Shown one piece after another: positions 19,338-31,759 of a DNA stretch of 64,000 nucleotides. Position 1 is the stretch's first letter. Each line of letters starts with the position of its first letter. The position numbers and the translations under genes are program-made. The notes below the pieces were generated by a model that was given only the letters and a program-made list of their open reading frames with translations, was not told where the DNA came from and ran no database searches. This DNA is from Deltaproteobacteria bacterium (GTDB taxonomy: Bacteria; Myxococcota_A; Polyangia; Fen-1088): positions 256,001 through 320,000 of the forward strand of contig JANRKS010000007.1 of NCBI GenBank assembly GCA_033763315.1, given 5' to 3'.

Positions 19338-20138
19338 CTAGAGCATGTCCTTGGATAGCGATTTGCCCACCTGGCGCAACGCTGCCTCTAATTGCGTGCG
19401 AATTGTCACCATGCGCGCTGTTGGTCCCGACACGCTGATCGCCGCCACAGCCTGCCCGCTTGCATCCAAGATCGGCACGGCCACACACGAGGCGCCGAGC
19501 TCAATCTCTTCATCATCGCGGCCCAGCCCTGTACTGCGCACTTGCAATAGATGCTCAAGCAAACGAGCCCGCGTCTTGATCGTCTTTGCCGTGAACACCT
19601 CGAAGGTGTGTTTTTCGATGAGCGACTCCATTTGCGTCTTCGGCAAGAACGCGAGGACAGCTTTGCCGAGCGCCGATGCATGAAAAGGCGCGGACGCACC
19701 TTCATCCGCACGGATCCGAAAGCGGCGTTGGCTTTCGAACACGCGGGCGTAAACGATCTGGTTGCCACGCAACACGCCGAGGTTCACCGTTTCATCGAAC
19801 TGCGAACGCAGCTGCTGCATGAACGGCTCTGCACGCACCTCTAGCCGATCACGTGCTTGTGTCAGCCGCTGAAGCTCATCGAGCCGCGGGCCCAACGTCA
19901 CATCACCCGACGTCGCGTCGCGGGTCACATAGCGGCGTGACTCCAACGTTCGCAATATGCGGTAAGCAGAGCTACGCGTGATGCGTGTGCGCGCGACGAC
20001 GTCATTCAAACTCACACATCCACCGGCATCAGCCACCAACTCGATGACCTGCAACGCGCGCACAACCATAGGCACTTCGTAGCGACCTCGATCGCCCTCG
20101 ACAGCGGCCTTCGTTGCGATTTTCGCGGTCTTTTTCAA
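19338..20138 (-). CDS. IclR family transcriptional regulator
   Basis: N-terminal HTH (RSSAYRILRTL), ETVNLG, HASALGK and AAISVSGP. GGGAGG precedes the TTG start. Confidence 0.9.
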   Translation of the reverse strand: MKKTAKIATKAAVEGDRGRYEVPMVVRALQVIELVADAGGCVSLNDVVARTRITRSSAYRILRTLESRRYVTRDATSGDVTLGPRLDELQRLTQARDRLEVRAEPFMQQLRSQFDETVNLGVLRGNQIVYARVFESQRRFRIRADEGASAPFHASALGKAVLAFLPKTQMESLIEKHTFEVFTAKTIKTRARLLEHLLQVRSTGLGRDDEEIELGASCVAVPILDASGQAVAAISVSGPTARMVTIRTQLEAALRQVGKSLSKDML

Positions 20139-20150
20139 GGAACCTCCCCG

Positions 20151-21248
20151 CTACGTTCTTTTGATCCCCGAACGTTCCAGCACCATGTCTGCCACACCAT
20201 TGACCCAGGTCGGATGCGCGTTCAGCGAAGGGATCAAAAGCAAATCTTCGCCGCCAAGCGCATGCCACTGTTCTTTGGCCCGGATGCCGATCTCCTCGAC
20301 GGTTTCCAAACAATCGGCAACAAACGCGGGAGAAAAAACGGCCAAGCGCTTGATACCTTTTTGCGCGAGTTCAGGCAGGACGAGATCGGTATATGGCTTG
20401 ATCCAAGGCGTGCGACCAAGCCGTGATTGGAAGCTGTAACTGAATGTTCCGGGTGCCAAAGAAAGCGCGTTGACAAGCGCGTTCGTGGTGGCAACGCAGT
20501 GGGCCCGGTAGCAGAAGCGGTTGGCTGGACAAATGGCATCACAACACGTTGAGGTGGCCAAACAATGCGAGCCCGTGGTGTCACTTTTTTTCACTTGGCG
20601 CTCAGGCAGACCGTGGTAGCTGAACAAAACATAATTGGGAGCGAACGCATCCAACAAAGGGCGTGCCACGTCACGAAAGCCATCAATGAAAGCGGGGGCG
20701 TCGTAAAAGGAATCAAAGGAATCGACGGCCGGAACGTTCCACGATTCGGCCACCACCTTCATCACACGTTCCAAGGCGGAGCCCGTCGCCGCGCTTGAAT
20801 ACTGTGGAAACAGCGGCAAGATGATCAAGCGTTCAAGATCTTGCTTGAGCAACTCTTGCAGAACGCTTGGGATCGACGGCTTGCCGTAGCGCATCGCCAA
20901 CCGCACAACGAAGCGTCCGGGCGATTTCTCGTTCAACGCCGCTTGCACGCCCGCTTGCAACGCGCGCCCGTGCACCAACAACGGCGAGCCGTCGCTCATC
21001 CATACCGAACGATAAGCTGCCGCTGATTTGGCGGGCCGGAACGGCAGGATGAAGACGTTGAGCAACAGCCAACGGCCTAACGGGTTGATGTCGATGACGC
21101 GCGGATCGCTGAGGAACTCACGTAGGTAGGCGCGCACCTCGGCCGTGGCCGGCGCATCAGGCGTTCCCAAGTTCACCAACAACACCCCGATGGAACGAGA
21201 GGAGGAGGCGTTCTGGGCAACGGGGGCAGTCGTGGCTTCGCGGATCAT
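20151..21248 (-). CDS. hemH: Ferrochelatase
   Basis: Motifs LVNLGTP, EFLSD, AMRYG, PLFPQYS, SYHGLP, FQSR and FVADCLET. Confidence 0.95.
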   Translation of the reverse strand: MIREATTAPVAQNASSSRSIGVLLVNLGTPDAPATAEVRAYLREFLSDPRVIDINPLGRWLLLNVFILPFRPAKSAAAYRSVWMSDGSPLLVHGRALQAGVQAALNEKSPGRFVVRLAMRYGKPSIPSVLQELLKQDLERLIILPLFPQYSSAATGSALERVMKVVAESWNVPAVDSFDSFYDAPAFIDGFRDVARPLLDAFAPNYVLFSYHGLPERQVKKSDTTGSHCLATSTCCDAICPANRFCYRAHCVATTNALVNALSLAPGTFSYSFQSRLGRTPWIKPYTDLVLPELAQKGIKRLAVFSPAFVADCLETVEEIGIRAKEQWHALGGEDLLLIPSLNAHPTWVNGVADMVLERSGIKRT

Positions 21249-21364
21249 TGGGGCGGATCATGCCGGAACCAGGTCGCGTGTCGAGGGCAACCCGCCGCGA
21301 CGGGGCGCCGTCGAGGCAAATTCCCTCGTACGTGGGCCAAGCCCGGTGAAGTAAGCTGCGTCGC

Positions 21365-22117
21365 ATGCATCGTCAGGCTGTGGTCACGGGCGCAAGTATG
21401 GGAATTGGACGTGCGTTTGCGGTCACGCTCGCGGCGCGCGGCTACCGGGTGTTGGCGGTCGCCCGAAGCGAACCTGCGCTGGCGCGATTGTTGTTGGAAC
21501 TGCCCGGGGACGGCCACGGGTTACTCGTGGCAGATCTCGCCACGCCAGAGGGTGTGGCCGCCGTTGTGGCACGAATGAAGGACGATCGCGTTCACCTGCT
21601 GGTCAACAACGCGGGCGCGGGCTTGGTGGGGGGCTTCCATGAGCCGCGGATCGACGCCCACCTGAGGCTGATCGATCTCAACGTCAGGGCGCTCACCTGC
21701 CTTTGCCACGCCTTCTTGCAACAGACGCAGCCGGGGGACGCGCTCATCAATGTCTCCTCTGTGCTCGCCTTTGCGCCGCAGCCAACCCAGCCGGTTTATG
21801 CGGCGACGAAAGCGTTCGTCGGTTCATTGACGGAGTCCCTGTGGCAGGAGGGGCAGTCACGTGGCGTCCACGTGTTGTCCGTCGCTCCGGGGCCCACGGC
21901 GACAGAATTCGGCAAACATGCGGGGCGTCCTCCCGGCTGGGGCCGCGCGCAATGGACGCTCAGCACGCCCGAACAGGTCGTGCACGCGGCGCTGGGCGCC
22001 CTTGATAGAAAGCGGGGACCTCATGTGGTGCCCGGCCTTTTCAATAAGGTTTTCGTGGGTCTCACCCACTTTGTGACCCGACGGTGGCTCGTCCGGCTCA
22101 TGGGGCGCGCGGGATAG
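21365..22117 (+). CDS. SDR family oxidoreductase
   Basis: Motifs TGASMGIG, NNAG and YAATK. Confidence 0.9.
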   Translation: MHRQAVVTGASMGIGRAFAVTLAARGYRVLAVARSEPALARLLLELPGDGHGLLVADLATPEGVAAVVARMKDDRVHLLVNNAGAGLVGGFHEPRIDAHLRLIDLNVRALTCLCHAFLQQTQPGDALINVSSVLAFAPQPTQPVYAATKAFVGSLTESLWQEGQSRGVHVLSVAPGPTATEFGKHAGRPPGWGRAQWTLSTPEQVVHAALGALDRKRGPHVVPGLFNKVFVGLTHFVTRRWLVRLMGRAG

Positions 22118-22308
22118 GGCGTAACTAGCCAGATCTACCCTTGTCTGCCGAAGCAAGGCCCCAATCCAGTGTAAAACCACCCGTTCGCTATAGATGCATT
22201 AGGATACGTTTTAGGTACTTTCTGGTATTGTTTGGGACGTTCGTTTATGCGCGTCCCGGTGTTGATCGCCTGCGCGCGTCCGTGAAGTTCCTAATGCGGA
22301 GGCCTTTC

Positions 22309-24045
22309 ATGCAGTGGCAGGTTTTGTTTCGAGCAGCGGCCTTGGGTGTATCCATAGGTGCAGCGGCTTGCAGCGGCAGCGTGGCCGGCAATGGCCAAGG
22401 CCAAGGTGACGACGGGTCCGAAGGTGGCTCGGGTGGTGAAATCAAACCAGGTGGCGATGGCGTGCCGGCCGCTTCGGACGGGTTAGGCCGGCTCGATGAG
22501 AGCCAAGTCAAAGAGTGCAGCCAGTCGAAGGTGCTTGATCCCGGTTCGACCGTGATCCGCCGGCTCACACGGCGCGAGTACGACAACACGATTGCCGATT
22601 TGCTTTTCGATGCGTCATCGCCGTCGAAACAGTTTCCCTCTGATGAGCGACGCTTGAGCTTCGACAACAACGCCGCGTATCTCAATGTGTCGCCCACGCA
22701 CACAGAACGTTATGACTTGGCCGCGGAAACGCTGGCTACGGCGGCGGTGCAGAAGAACTTAGCGAAGCTGGTGTCGTGCAAGCCAGCATCCGCCACAGAT
22801 GAAGTCTGCGCAAAGACGTTCATCAATGGCTTCGTGCAACGCGCCTTTCGTCGCCCCGTCGAAAAAGCAGAAGAAGACCGCTTCCTCGGCGTCTTCCGCC
22901 AGGGCGCAAAAACGGATTTCAACACGGGCGTCTCATTGGTGGTGCAAGCTGTCCTGCAGTCCGCTCCCTTTTTATACCGCGTTGAGTTTGGCGAGCCGGT
23001 GCAAGGCGACGACAAGTTCGTAAAGCTGACTTCGTGGGAGATCGCTTCGCGATTGTCTTATCTGCTGTGGGCTTCGATGCCCGACGAGGCGCTGTTCGCC
23101 GCCGCCAAAGACAACAAGCTGCAAACCCGTGCCCAAGTGTCCGAGCATGTGCAACGCATGCTCAAGGACCCGAAGGCCAAGCGGATGGTGGGCAACTTTC
23201 ACGAACAGTGGCTGGGCCTGGGTGATGTGCAGTCCATCGACCGAGATGCAAAGTTGTTTCCTGACTGGAAGAACGAGAACATCCAAATGCTTAAGCAAGA
23301 GGTAAATGAATTCACCTCTTCGCTGGTGTTCAACGACGGCAACATCAAGGAATTGTTCACCGCGCCTCACACCATGATGAACGGCGCGGTGGCGAAGCAT
23401 TATGGAGTGTCTTCGCCCACCGGCACGACCTTCGAAAAGGTGGAGGACGACAAGCGGCACGCGGGCGTCTTCACGTTGGGCGCCGTGATGGCTTCGACCG
23501 GAAAAATCAATCAAAGTTCACCCGTGTTGCGCGGCAAGTTCGTCCGGGAACATATGCTGTGCCAGTCGCTGCCGCCGCCTCCGCCTGACGTCAACGCAGA
23601 GGCCCCGTCTCTTGATCCGAAGCTCACCACCCGGGACCGCTTCGCGCAACATTCGGAAAATCCAGCGTGCGCAAACTGCCACCGTTTGTTGGATCCCGTG
23701 GGTCTCGGCATGGAAAACTTTGATGCCGTGGGCCGCTACCGCGACAAGGAAAATGGCTTGGATTTGAACGTCAACGGCAAGTTGGAAGACACGGACGTTG
23801 ATGGCACATTCAACGGCGTATTTGAACTTGCGCAGAAGCTATCGACAAGTGAAGAGGCTCAACGTTGCATGGTGACCAATTGGTTCAGGTTCGCCTACGG
23901 CCGCACTGAATCCGATTCTGATCTGTGCTTCCTGCACCAGCTTGATGCACGCCTTGTTAAGTCGTCAGGCAACCTCAGGGAATTGTTGGTGGCCACCACC
24001 GAACTGGATGCGTTCTTTTACCGCCGCGCTGGAGGTGCACAATGA
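22309..24045 (+). CDS. DUF1587/1595/1592/1588/1585-type lipoprotein with CXXCH motif
   Basis: Lipobox AAC; RRLTRREYDNTI, RAFRRP, ASRLSYLLW.SMPD, SPVLRG, CANCH and DPVGLGMENFD. GGAGG precedes the ATG at 22309. Confidence 0.85.
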   Translation: MQWQVLFRAAALGVSIGAAACSGSVAGNGQGQGDDGSEGGSGGEIKPGGDGVPAASDGLGRLDESQVKECSQSKVLDPGSTVIRRLTRREYDNTIADLLFDASSPSKQFPSDERRLSFDNNAAYLNVSPTHTERYDLAAETLATAAVQKNLAKLVSCKPASATDEVCAKTFINGFVQRAFRRPVEKAEEDRFLGVFRQGAKTDFNTGVSLVVQAVLQSAPFLYRVEFGEPVQGDDKFVKLTSWEIASRLSYLLWASMPDEALFAAAKDNKLQTRAQVSEHVQRMLKDPKAKRMVGNFHEQWLGLGDVQSIDRDAKLFPDWKNENIQMLKQEVNEFTSSLVFNDGNIKELFTAPHTMMNGAVAKHYGVSSPTGTTFEKVEDDKRHAGVFTLGAVMASTGKINQSSPVLRGKFVREHMLCQSLPPPPPDVNAEAPSLDPKLTTRDRFAQHSENPACANCHRLLDPVGLGMENFDAVGRYRDKENGLDLNVNGKLEDTDVDGTFNGVFELAQKLSTSEEAQRCMVTNWFRFAYGRTESDSDLCFLHQLDARLVKSSGNLRELLVATTELDAFFYRRAGGAQ

Positions 24046-25418
24046 AACCCTTCCGTCTCAGTCGTCGAACCGTATTGCGTGGCGCGGGTGGCGTGGCGAT
24101 CGCTTTGCCTTGGCTTGAGGCCATGGCACCCACAAAGAATGCCTACGCTGCGGGACCCAAGCGGCTCGTGGTGTTCTTCACGCCAAACGGCACGATCTAT
24201 GAGAATTGGAAACCAAAGGGCACGACCACCGATTTTACGATGTCGCCAATCCTGGCGCCGCTTGAGCCGATGAAGAACAAGCTCATCTTGCTTGAGGGCT
24301 TGTTCCAAGGCGCCAAGAATGGCAGCGGCGGATCCATCCCCGGCCCCGGTGACGATCACATGAAGGGCATGGCGTGGGCGTTGACGGGGCGACAACTGAT
24401 GCCTGGCAGCGTGGCGGGCGGTGGCGGCGCGACGCCCGCGGGCTTGTCCACGGGCTTGTCGGTGGATCAACACGTAGCCAAAACCATAGGCAAAGACACG
24501 CGCTTTTCGTCACTTGAGTTTGGTGTGCGTTCGCTGACCGTCGCCGGAAATCCCCTGTTTCATATGGTGTACGCCTCGGCCGGAGTCGCCCGACAGCCCG
24601 AGCAAAACCCCGCGCAGATGTTTGATCGCGTGTTCAAGGGATTCACCCCCGGCACCTCCACACCAGATCCAACCGTCCTCAAACGTGCGGCCGACAAAAC
24701 AAGCGTGCTTGACGCCGTCAAAGACAGCTACAGCTCGCTGTCGCCCAAGCTCGGCAAAGACGACAAGGCCAAAATCGACGCGCATTTGGCCAACATCAGC
24801 GATCTGCAGAAGCGGTTGGCCCAAGGGTCAACGACGGGCGGCGCCATGGGCGCGGGATGCAAACTTCCGACACGCCCCAAAGAGAACGATCCGTATAGCG
24901 AAGCGAACTTCGTTGAGAACGGCAAAGCGCAAGTCGATATGCTTTCGATGGCTTTGGCCTGCGACCTCACGCGCGTGGCGAGCTTGCAGTGGAGTTACTC
25001 CTCCGGGGGCCCCACGCCTTCGTGGATCCAGATCAACCGTGGCCACCACGACATCAGCCACGACGGCGACGGCATCGCCACGGCAAAGGATCAGCTCACC
25101 AAGATCGACACGTGGTATTCGCAGCAGTTTTTGTCGTTGATCCAGAAGATGGATGCCATCCCAGAGGCTGATGGCACCCTCTTGGATAACTCGATGGTCC
25201 TGTGGGTGAACGAGCTGGCCAAAGGCAACGTGCACAGCCACGGCCCCATGTGTTACGTCATCGCAGGCAAGGCGGGGGGGGCGTTGCAAACCGGCCGCTA
25301 CCTGCACGCGGAAGAAAACCACAATAACTTGCTTGTCTCGGTGATGAACAAAATGGGGGTCGAAGGGAACACATTCGGCGATCCGGCCTTCTGCACCGGG
25401 CCCCTCAAAGCCCTTTGA
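24042..25418 (+). CDS. DUF1552 family protein, Tat-exported
   Basis: LSRRTVLRGAGGVAIALPWLEAM Tat-like leader; SVDQ, ALACDLTRVA, HHDISH and GTLLDNS. ATGA overlap with the upstream gene. Confidence 0.88.
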   Translation: MKPFRLSRRTVLRGAGGVAIALPWLEAMAPTKNAYAAGPKRLVVFFTPNGTIYENWKPKGTTTDFTMSPILAPLEPMKNKLILLEGLFQGAKNGSGGSIPGPGDDHMKGMAWALTGRQLMPGSVAGGGGATPAGLSTGLSVDQHVAKTIGKDTRFSSLEFGVRSLTVAGNPLFHMVYASAGVARQPEQNPAQMFDRVFKGFTPGTSTPDPTVLKRAADKTSVLDAVKDSYSSLSPKLGKDDKAKIDAHLANISDLQKRLAQGSTTGGAMGAGCKLPTRPKENDPYSEANFVENGKAQVDMLSMALACDLTRVASLQWSYSSGGPTPSWIQINRGHHDISHDGDGIATAKDQLTKIDTWYSQQFLSLIQKMDAIPEADGTLLDNSMVLWVNELAKGNVHSHGPMCYVIAGKAGGALQTGRYLHAEENHNNLLVSVMNKMGVEGNTFGDPAFCTGPLKAL

Positions 25419-25439
25419 AACCACAAAAATGAAACTGTG

Positions 25440-25478
25440 ACGGCGGGCCGCACGCACTGTGGCGTGTGGCGCTGCCGT
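25440..25478 (+). terminator. Strong hairpin after the DUF1552 gene (possible terminator or 3' stabiliser)
   Basis: ACGGCGG-GCCGCACGC...GCGTGTGGC-G-CTGCCGT; no clear U-tract. Confidence 0.4.
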
Positions 25479-25503
25479 GTTCCAGGTAAGATGAGGGGGC
25501 TTT

Positions 25504-28394
<2,891 letters not shown>

Positions 28395-28441
28395 GCAATT
28401 GCACCACTAGCCGTGCATGGCCGCCATGATAGGAAGGGCGA

Positions 28442-29611
28442 ATGCCGTTCCCCATCGGTCTTTCCTTTGCATGTCTATTCAGTCAAACGCACGCGGCACA
28501 GGTGCATGCACCGCCGGTGCCACTAGGGTCTGTGAAAATAACGGCGCGCAAGCCATACGAAGACTTTGATGGCTACCAGGGGCTGTTGCCGCAAACGCCG
28601 TGGCCGCACGAGGGTGGCTTTATGGTCAGCCCTTATGGCTTCGTGCCAGAGGTCTCGTTGGATCACGTCGTCAAAGACGCGGGTGATTATTCGATGCAGT
28701 TTCGGTACCGTACGGGAGCCATGCCACAAGCTGGCGTGTCGCGCCTTTACAATCCAAACCTCGACTGGGCGGGCTTTGATGCCGTTCGCTTTTGGTTGCG
28801 CCCCGACGGCAGCGGACGCTTGTTCACGTTCTTCGTGCTTGAAAAGATCCGACATGGTCACAAGTGGTTTTGGGAAGCGCCTTATAAAATGACGGGTGAT
28901 GCACCCGTGATCGTGACGATGCCCTTCTCTGCGTTTTACCGAGCGGTGAAGAATGATGCGCCTGACAAAGCATTCGACTCATCCTTAATTGAAGAAACAG
29001 CATGGTGGGTGCGCCAAGGCGGCGCGGCATCCAACCCGCAGGTCCCCTCATCCGTGTGGATTGATTCCATCGAGGTTGTAAAGCTTGCTCAGCCGCTCGA
29101 TCACGTTGTTGCCGAGGCTGCCCCACCCCCCGCTATAAACAACGATAAATCAACCCGCATCGATTATGGTGGCGAGGCCGACTGGGTGGACGCGCAAGGT
29201 CACTTGTGGCAAGCCGACGTGCCATCAAAGCACGGCGTGCGCTTTACTCTGCCCACCACGCCCTTCCCTGGCACGAGCAACGCCCAACTTTACCGCACAG
29301 GACGCCGCGGAATTGATCACTTGGACTTTGCGCTCCCCAACGGCACGTATGACTTCACGCTGTTTCTCCTCGAACCTGATCCCAAATTCAACCGCGCCGG
29401 CAAACGCGTTTTTGTGGTGCAAATCGAAGACACAAAATCAGTCCCCATCGATCCGTTCACGAAGGCCAAGGGGACGCAACGCCCAACCACCATCACACTG
29501 CGCGCCGACGTGAAGGATGGGACGGCGAACGTGGCCTTCGCCGCGAAGATCTCCGAATCAGTGTTGTGTGCTCTGCAGATCACGCCGGTGACCGCCGCGA
29601 CACCGCGTTGA
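28442..29611 (+). CDS. Secreted protein with CBM11-like and malectin-like domains
   Basis: [18 protein letters not shown] (CBM11-like); RIDYGG, LYRTGR, PNGTY and GKRVF (malectin-like). Confidence 0.7.
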   Translation: MPFPIGLSFACLFSQTHAAQVHAPPVPLGSVKITARKPYEDFDGYQGLLPQTPWPHEGGFMVSPYGFVPEVSLDHVVKDAGDYSMQFRYRTGAMPQAGVSRLYNPNLDWAGFDAVRFWLRPDGSGRLFTFFVLEKIRHGHKWFWEAPYKMTGDAPVIVTMPFSAFYRAVKNDAPDKAFDSSLIEETAWWVRQGGAASNPQVPSSVWIDSIEVVKLAQPLDHVVAEAAPPPAINNDKSTRIDYGGEADWVDAQGHLWQADVPSKHGVRFTLPTTPFPGTSNAQLYRTGRRGIDHLDFALPNGTYDFTLFLLEPDPKFNRAGKRVFVVQIEDTKSVPIDPFTKAKGTQRPTTITLRADVKDGTANVAFAAKISESVLCALQITPVTAATPR

Positions 29612-29642
29612 CAGAAACGCGCAGCCCGGGCAGGTTCGAGGC

Positions 29643-30275
29643 ATGAACCAGCCCGACAGCGAACGCCTGCGACGCCAACACGAGCGGCGCATGGCCTATA
29701 TGCCGTGGTTGTATTTCCAGGCCCCCCCAGCCATCGCCGCGTGGGCATTGCCCTGGCAGGCGGCGATCCACGCCGAGCTGGCCGCGTTCGAGTGCATCGA
29801 TCTGGATCCGAGCTGTTTCATCGCGCCCAACGCTCAATTGTTCGCCGAACCCAACCGCCGCATTCGCGTGAGCGCAGGCGCTGCCGTTGCCGCCGAAGCC
29901 TTCTTGCACGGCCCCGTCGTGCTTGAGGCTCACGTCAGCATCAACACGCGCGTGGTGATCGACGGCGGTCGCGCGGGCGTTCGGATCGGCGCGGGCACAC
30001 GCATCGCCACGGGCGCCACGCTGTTCGCCTTTGACCACGGCATGAGCCCACACGCCGCAATCCGAGCACAACCCAACACGTCCTTAGGAATCACGATTGG
30101 CCAAGACGTGTGGATCGGAGCGCAAGCGGGCGTCACAGATGGCGTGACGATCGGCGATCACGCGGTCGTAGGCATGGGCGCGGTGGTCACCAAGGACGTG
30201 GCCCCGTGGTCGATCGTCGCGGGGGTGCCGGCGCGCGTGATAGGTGATCGCCGCTCGCAGGCAGGGCCCCCATGA
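29643..30275 (+). CDS. Left-handed beta-helix acyltransferase (hexapeptide repeat)
   Basis: [41 protein letters not shown]. Confidence 0.9.
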   Translation: MNQPDSERLRRQHERRMAYMPWLYFQAPPAIAAWALPWQAAIHAELAAFECIDLDPSCFIAPNAQLFAEPNRRIRVSAGAAVAAEAFLHGPVVLEAHVSINTRVVIDGGRAGVRIGAGTRIATGATLFAFDHGMSPHAAIRAQPNTSLGITIGQDVWIGAQAGVTDGVTIGDHAVVGMGAVVTKDVAPWSIVAGVPARVIGDRRSQAGPP

Positions 30276-31699
30276 CATGGCGCCAGCGTTACGCTTGGCT
30301 GCGTCACCTCGTGGCTGAAGCGGCGGTGCTGGACGTCCGCGCGCTGGCGCTCGGCCGCGTGGGCATGGGTGTGCTGCTGCTGTACGATCTGTTCGTCCGC
30401 GCGCACGACATTGGCGCGCTCTATAGCGACGCGGGCCTTGAGCCACGCAACGTTTTAGATCCACCTGTGCTGCCACTGTTCCGCATCTATTTCGTGGTGG
30501 GCAGTGTGGCCGCAGTGCAGGTTGTGTTTGCGATCGCCGCGGTCATCGCGTTGGCGTTGTTGCTCGGCTTTCGCACGCGCTTGGCCACAGCGGCATCATG
30601 GGTGCTGCTGGTGTCGCTGCAGGCACGCAATGGCTCGGTCAACCAAGCGGGCGACGATCTGTTGGCGATGTTCTTGTTCTGGAGCTTGTTTCTTCCTTTG
30701 GGCGCGCGCTTTTCATTCGACGCGTGGTTGCGCCCTCGCCCCGCTGACTCGAACCTCGTGCAAGGCGCAGGGCCCTTCGCTTTTGCAGGCCAACTGTTTC
30801 TGCTTTACTTCATCACCGGAACGCTCAAAGCGAATTCGATTCATTGGTTGATGGGCAACGGCATCTACGACGCCCTCCACGCCCAGGAATTCGTCACAAG
30901 CTTTGGCCGCTGGCTGCACCCACATTACTACATCTTGAAGCTGCTTTCGTGGGCCACCCTGCTGTTGGAGATTTTCGGTCCTTTGCTGCTGTTCGTGTCA
31001 CCCCGCCGCTGGCCAGTGCGGCTTGGTTTGGTGCTCGCGTTCTTAGGTTTTCATGCGGGCATTTCGTTGTGCATGCGCATCGGCATGTTTTCGTTTGTGT
31101 GCATGGTGGGCTGGCTGTTCTTGGTGCCAGCGGGTGCCTTCGATCGCGTGTTGCGGCGCATGCCCACTGAATCACCGGCTTCACGCGCGCCGCGCGCTCG
31201 TTGGGCTCAAAGGCTTGCCGCAACCATCTTCGTTTATCTGGTGCTGGCCGCCATGATCTCGGACCAATGGCCCGAAGGACCGGTGCGCAACATCTTGCTT
31301 AAGCCTGCACGCGCGTTTGCGTGGCAAGAGCACTGGGGCATGTTCGTCAAGCCGCGCGACGAGGCCGGCTTTCTGGCCGCGCGCGCCATGCTGGCCAACG
31401 GCACCCAAGTGGATCTGCTGCGCGGTGGCCAGCCGCTGACGTGGGATCCACCACCGTTGGTGATCGATCTATTTGCCAATCAACGCTGGCGCAAAATGCT
31501 GACCGGGATCATCAAGAGTGACAACAAGGATCGCGCCCATCGATATCTTCAATGGTTGTGCCGCACCGAAAACGCGCACCGCTTGGGCGATCACAAGGTG
31601 GTGAACCTCGTTCTTACCTATGTCAGTCAAAAACTGCGCGAGCCCTACGTCAAGGGCCCGCCCGAGCGCAAAGTGCTGGCGTTGTCGAAGTGCGAATAA
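30272..31699 (+). CDS. HTTM-domain membrane protein
   Basis: Motifs [29 protein letters not shown] and FHAGI; soluble C-terminal domain with WGMF. Confidence 0.8.
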   Translation: MTWRQRYAWLRHLVAEAAVLDVRALALGRVGMGVLLLYDLFVRAHDIGALYSDAGLEPRNVLDPPVLPLFRIYFVVGSVAAVQVVFAIAAVIALALLLGFRTRLATAASWVLLVSLQARNGSVNQAGDDLLAMFLFWSLFLPLGARFSFDAWLRPRPADSNLVQGAGPFAFAGQLFLLYFITGTLKANSIHWLMGNGIYDALHAQEFVTSFGRWLHPHYYILKLLSWATLLLEIFGPLLLFVSPRRWPVRLGLVLAFLGFHAGISLCMRIGMFSFVCMVGWLFLVPAGAFDRVLRRMPTESPASRAPRARWAQRLAATIFVYLVLAAMISDQWPEGPVRNILLKPARAFAWQEHWGMFVKPRDEAGFLAARAMLANGTQVDLLRGGQPLTWDPPPLVIDLFANQRWRKMLTGIIKSDNKDRAHRYLQWLCRTENAHRLGDHKVVNLVLTYVSQKLREPYVKGPPERKVLALSKCE

Positions 31700-31739
31700 A
31701 AGAAAGCCCCTGGGGCCGCGCGTGCGCAACCCCAAGGGC
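31697..31739 (-). terminator. Intrinsic terminator of the Cys-rich gene
   Basis: Minus strand reads GCCCTTGGGGTTGCG-CACG-CGCGGCCCCAGGGGC (15-bp stem with G-U pairs), then TTTCTTTT. Confidence 0.8.
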
Positions 31740-31759
31740 CCATCGTGAACGGGTATTAC

